Shown: piece by piece, positions 58,816 through 64,000 of the stretch
How the letters are laid out: every line of letters begins with the position of its first letter
Numbering within the stretch: position 1 is the first letter of the stretch
Notes under the pieces: generated by a model
The model's input: the letters and a program-made list of their open reading frames with translations, nothing else
Told to the model about the DNA's origin: nothing
Databases searched by the model: none
Assembly (NCBI GenBank): GCA_951406725.2
Contig: OX597816.1
Span: forward strand, 7,316,001 to 7,380,000
Length of the DNA: 64,000 nucleotides
Source of the DNA: Octopus vulgaris
Lineage: Eukaryota
Direction of reading: 5' to 3'
Program-made: the position numbers and the translations under genes

Positions 58816-59181
58816 TGTATGTATGTATGTATGTATGTATGTATGTATGTATGTGTGTATGTATGTATGTATGCATGCATACATGTATGTGCATATATTT
58901 GTGTAAATTTTAAATGTCCGTATATATCATATTTGCAGCTATGGAATTTGCTTGACAAGCCCCTTGCTGAGCTAAGTTTCCTTTATTTATGTTATGAGTT
59001 CAAATCCCGGGATGGTTTACTATAAAATATAAACTAGTTGGGATATATAAAATATATAATATAAACTAGATGTGTAAAATATAAACAGTCCTATGTTAAG
59101 GCTTATAAGCTTTCATTTTGAATATATATGAACAGTGATTTCGGGTCAAAATTAATGTATGTATGTATGTATGTATGTATG

Positions 59182-59219
<38 letters not shown>

Positions 59220-59222
<3 letters not shown>

Positions 59223-59402
59223 GGGGTTGGATTCACAAAGAAAATAAAGGACGAAGGCAGGTGGTGTAGACAACAAATAGACGTATTAGTATAACGCTCG
59301 GGATGTGAAAAAGTCTTTAACGTTTCGAGCCTACGCTCTTCCACAGAAAGAAGCAAGGAGAGAAAATAAAGAAAGTGTAGTGGCTAGCGATCTATCATAG
59401 CG

Positions 59403-59405
<3 letters not shown>
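59220..59405 (-). mobile_element. Non-coding PLE-type element (U6-hammerhead family), best-preserved copy
   Basis: Homologous to 28037-28229; flanked by dinucleotide microsatellites. Confidence 0.78.
59314..59351 (-). ncRNA. Minimal type I hammerhead motif with U at core position 6
   Basis: TCTTT-CTGTGGA-a-GAGC gtag GCTC-GAAA-CGTT^AAAGA. Confidence 0.68.
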
Positions 59406-59478
<73 letters not shown>

Positions 59479-59499
59479 TCTTTACTCTCTCTTCTATTC

Positions 59500-59630
59500 G
59501 TCTACTTGTTTCAGTCCATTTGACTGCGGCCATGCTGGAGCACCCCAGGAATTATTCTTTGTAAGCCTAATACTTATTCTATCGGTATATATATATATAT
59601 GAGACCAAACATTATATATACGACGGGCTT
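59500..59630 (-). mobile_element. Family C SINE 3' fragment (deleted)
   Basis: TTTGACTGCGGCCATGCTGGAGCAC...TACTTATTCTATCGGT. Confidence 0.75.
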
Positions 59631-60134
59631 CAGCCACCCTTCTCTTTGCTCACTCCCCAATAAGCTGCGTTAACAAGGAGACAGAGACTTTGTTAAAAAA
59701 ATGTTGTCGTAGCTCCTGGAATTGAGCCTTGACCGTATTTATAGATTCCTTGTTCCAAGTACAACAGGCGAAACTAAGTTTGTTCATATGTGTGAATGCT
59801 ACCTTCACTATTGTTGTTATTCGTGTTGCTGTCATTGTCAAGCGAGGCGTGACATTCACGTTCAGTACTTGGAAAGTTGAAATTCACCTTCCAAAGTATT
59901 TTTGTTTCGGTGCGTAAAATATGCGTCACTCATCTCCTCCACTCACTTTCCTTTACTGTTTGGAAAAATATACGAGTGTTTCTTTTGTCGACTGCATTTA
60001 GCTTGTTTTGCTAGCGCTTTGTTAAACGTACAACACACAAGTCGAAACAAAATGCTCTGTGAAAGTATGATTCGGCACTTTTTGGGAAACAAATACAAAC
60101 AATACATAGATACGCTCTTGTAATTCCAAAGTGC

Positions 60135-60840
60135 TATCGCATGTATAGGCGATATCATGTTTCTGTGGATGATATCACGCGTGTGATTAGCAACTGTCCT
60201 AAAATGTCGTCACGGTACTACCTCCCTATGCGGCACGATGGTGTCGCGAAAACAGTTTACAACGCCATCCGCAGAAAAGACTGTCCTGAAATAAACTTGG
60301 AAAATTCCTCTGTTATAGAATACATTCATAAACACCAACTCAAGGAATACTGGTGGAATATTCCCATCAAAACTTCTATCAAATGTAATCATAATAGGCC
60401 GGATATTGTAGTTTAGGACAGAGGGGCAAAGGCATGTACCGTCATAGAGGTCAGCTGCCCTGCAGATATAAATATCTCTTTGAAAGTCAAAGAAAAAGAG
60501 GATATATATGGACAACTTCGAAACTTCCAGCTTCTGTATCCAGACTATGAATTCATATTCATACCAATAATAATTGAAACATTAGGTTTTGTTAGTAAAT
60601 GCTAAAAGGAGAATCTGGATAAACTGGGATTTTCAGAAGGAGAAATCGACCGGCTAATTCATACATTACAAGTGGAATCTGTGAGTGGAGCAGTAAAAAT
60701 ATGCAAGACTTTTCTCAAGTTACAAATGTGAATTTGTCTGTGTTTACTACATCCTAAAGATGGAGCTTTGTATCTTTGTTAGAAACTGGCTCCCTCCTCA
60801 GTGGAAGATTTATAATAATTAAAAAATACAAGAGACATGC
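60135..60840 (+). mobile_element. RLE-type non-LTR retrotransposon 3' relic ending in (CATA)n
   Basis: ISNCPKMSSRYYLPMRHD, WWN, HNRPDIVV, VIEVSCP, KEKEDIYG, IPIII..LG, ICKTFL, then a ~100 bp 3' UTR. Confidence 0.88.
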
Positions 60841-60974
60841 ATATATAATGCATACATACATACATACACACACACATACATACATACATACATACATACA
60901 TACATACATACATACATACATACATACATACATACATACATACATACATACGCACTCATATGTGCATATGTATA

Positions 60975-61430
60975 TAGGTAAATTAAGAAAAACAGGAGGA
61001 AGCATCAAAAGTCTATTGGACGTACACAGTGAATATGTTGGATTGAAATTCAGTGAAAGTTTTGGATGGAAAAATAGGGCTGACGTTTCGAGCATGGCTC
61101 TTTGTCAGAAACACAGCCTCCTGCCGCTCACCTATCGTCTTCAGGAATCTAGTGTCAGCAAGAGAATCTCGAACCTGTCCTCAAATCAAGGTATTTTCGA
61201 CGCCGCGGCCCCTTATTACAACGAGGTCCAATGGGTTTAAGAACCGCATCTTCCATATGCAAGGTCCTGGCACCTACAAAAGGAGACGTCACCGTAATGT
61301 CGTTCTGTTTACCGTGCCCTTCACTTTCAATGTTAAAACTGCGCGGAAAGGATATTTCTTAGATTGGTAGACAAACACTTCACACAGTCACACGAGTACA
61401 GGCGTTTGTTTAACAGGCACAACTTAGGGT
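60975..61430. mobile_element. Penelope-like fragment: inverted terminal repeat segment with hammerhead remnant joined to an ORF piece
   Basis: + strand RISNLSSNQGIFDAAAPYYNE, RRRHRNVVLFTVPFTFNVKT and LVDKHF..LFNRHN; - strand CTGACAA-a-GAGC cat GCTC-GAAACGTC at 61078-61118. Confidence 0.8.
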
Positions 61431-61777
61431 ATCTTTCAGACAGAGTAACAGCCGAAGCAGCAACGACACCTCCGCCGAAAATATCAACGACAATATTGAC
61501 AGCGGCGACGGTGGTAGTCAGAGTTAGAGGATAAGCAGCAACGATGCACCCACCGACAACAGTAACAACGACAACAATAGTAGCGGTGACAGTGAACAGT
61601 TAGCTTTTGTTTATAAAAAATGTTTTTTGTTTACGTATTTCTTCTTCCAGTTGTAGAGAGGTTATGCGTCCTCAGCCATTTGACTGTGAAGAATCGCCTA
61701 TGCTGTTAAGCGTTTTATAGGTGCGAAACCAATGGTCACTCTTATACCGGCCACAGCTTTTAACTTCATAATATATA

Positions 61778-61818
<41 letters not shown>

Positions 61819-61997
61819 TTATTTATACATATACACGCAGAAAAATATAAAATTTTTTCACGTTTAAAAGTTTAAAGCCACTCAGTAAGTCCCAACCTGC
61901 GGAAGCCAAAATAATACGGTTCGACAGTGGAAGAAACAACATCAACAACATTGAGAAGAGCAGCAACAGCAGTAGGACCACCACCACCACCACCAAC

Positions 61998-62071
<74 letters not shown>

Positions 62072-62120
62072 CAGCAGCAGCAGCAGTAGCAGCAGCAGTA
62101 GCAGCAGCAACAGCAGCAGC

Positions 62121-62160
<40 letters not shown>

Positions 62161-62319
62161 AAGTGAGTTATTAATTATAGCGTCTCATGAACAAACCGTT
62201 AGAACGAGTTTGATGAAGACAACGATTGATATAACTCAATCAGTTAGTAAATACATAGCGTGTGGGAAAGGAAACTAAAGAATTAACTATCTTTCAAGTG
62301 AGTGCAGTACGCTAGCACA

Positions 62320-62840
62320 AAATGAGTATAAATGCAGTCATGATTGTACCGGTAAAACAGTAGTTTGGGATATTAGACAAGTTTGCGAACCTGTAGCTAC
62401 GGAAAAGTAGTATGAACGCAGATCACACGTTGAAGTGGTGAATGACAGGTACAAGATTTTATTCGACTTCCTTACAAATAATGGTCATAATACTGGAGCA
62501 AGGAAACCAGACTTGATTGTAGAGGAAAAAAGAAACAGGACAAGGTCATAGATTTACAATACTATATGACAACATGTGGATAATGTCAGGATCTAGATAA
62601 AGAGCTGAAGAGACAGCGGAAGACAAAGAATATTCTTGTGGTAATTACTGCACTTGGTACACCACCCAAACTACTTCCTGAGAGACTGAAAGATGTAGGA
62701 ATCGAGGCTCGCATCATCAATCTACCAAAAGTACCATCCTGTATTCTGCAAGAATTCTTAAGAAGAGTCTTCAGATTTGAGGAGACTCGTCACTAAATCC
62801 CGAGACAACCCTCCAGTTAACTATCATAGCTTGCAATAGT
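62320..62840 (+). mobile_element. Old R4/Dong-like family E 3' relic ending in (TAA)n
   Basis: KILFDF, ARKPDLIV, QDLDKELKR, VVITALGTTP and ILYSARILKK across frameshifts. Confidence 0.75.
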
Positions 62841-62921
<81 letters not shown>

Positions 62922-62948
62922 AATAATAATAATAATAATATACAATAT

Positions 62949-63485
62949 CAGGCGGTGGCTCTCATGGCTTCTGATCTCAACTGATTGCAAGTGTTATCAT
63001 GTACATTGTTTTGTCTTAGTATAAAAGATGGGCTACAGCAAATATTCTGCTCAATACTACAGATTTGTTTGTCAATTGCTTGACCATAACCAGTTGAGCA
63101 TGTCCCTTGGTGACTGACGATATGTACATCTCTGATCACGAGCAGAAGTTGAGGAGGATCATCATAGCCATGTGCTGAGAGGAATTCTTTGAGGTTTGAA
63201 TAATTCACTCCTGAAAACTTGGGTATTTCATCATCCTTAGACAATCCTTATTCAAGGACCTTTTGAGCGGGATGGGTTCCTCGACCTGAAGAAAATTCTA
63301 ACTGGGCCCCACTTGCAAGGTCATGCGCTGTTTATCTTGATATGAGATCACTATGTCGCACACATATGGTTGTGATGCATGTACCTGGTATACCCTTATC
63401 AGACAGGTAGTCATGATAGGTATATTGGGATTTGTATTATCGTACCCCAGGGTCATTATGATGCCATGCGCTACTCTCTCGCTCA
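62949..63485 (+). mobile_element. ~555 bp non-coding TAA-embedded element, copy 3 (more diverged)
   Basis: Reverse complement of 10554-11108 lacking ~19 bp at the 5' end; (AAT)n on both sides. Confidence 0.85.
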
Positions 63486-63920
63486 ATAATAATAATGGTA
63501 ATAAAATTTTTACAATATTTTCTTTATTATCCCAAAACGGCTCGAATAAATACAAGAAAAACGATGTACTTTGAACAGAGAATTTGCAAATATTTGAAGA
63601 GTGATAGAGATAAGTTAAATTGAAGATAAGCCACACAAGAGATAAGTTACATAAATGCTTAAGGGGACGTACCAAAGATTTATTCAAACTTAACTAATTC
63701 TAATAATGACTAGAGAGCCTGAGCCGTCAATAATGACGGCGGATCTTTTACTAATAATTACGTTTTGATATATACCTGTGAATATTCGATTTTTTAAAAT
63801 TAGGATATTGTTCAAAGAATATATTCGAGGAAACTAGCTAATGACAGTATGAGAATGTCAATACAAAAATGCCAAAATAACGGCCTGGGGCGGGGTAAGA
63901 AAATTATAATTATCATTCCC

Positions 63921-64000
<80 letters not shown>

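Overview
AT-rich, microsatellite-saturated eukaryotic DNA. The SINE families and repeat landscape look like an octopus (coleoid cephalopod) genome; this is inferred, not searched. No host protein-coding gene can be supported, and most ORF-track entries are microsatellite read-throughs. The window is a nested patchwork of at least five tRNA-derived SINE families, several RLE-type (R4/Dong-like) LINE families stacked inside (TAA)n arrays (including one near-full-length 3.7 kb copy), CR1/L2 and RTE fragments, Penelope-like (PLE) fragments, Tc1/mariner relics and a MITE. The most striking signal is a set of about a dozen short non-coding elements, mostly in (TA)n arrays, carrying minimal type I hammerhead ribozyme motifs. 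Some have family-consistent non-canonical cores: a G3-C8 swap of the C3-G8 pair, a U at position 6, and possibly a C at position 4. They occur as palindromes or tandem copies. Also notable are a ~555 bp non-coding element found only in TAA arrays (3 copies), an RLE LINE apparently associated with (CATA)n, a ~1 kb microsatellite foldback, and locally templated insertions.
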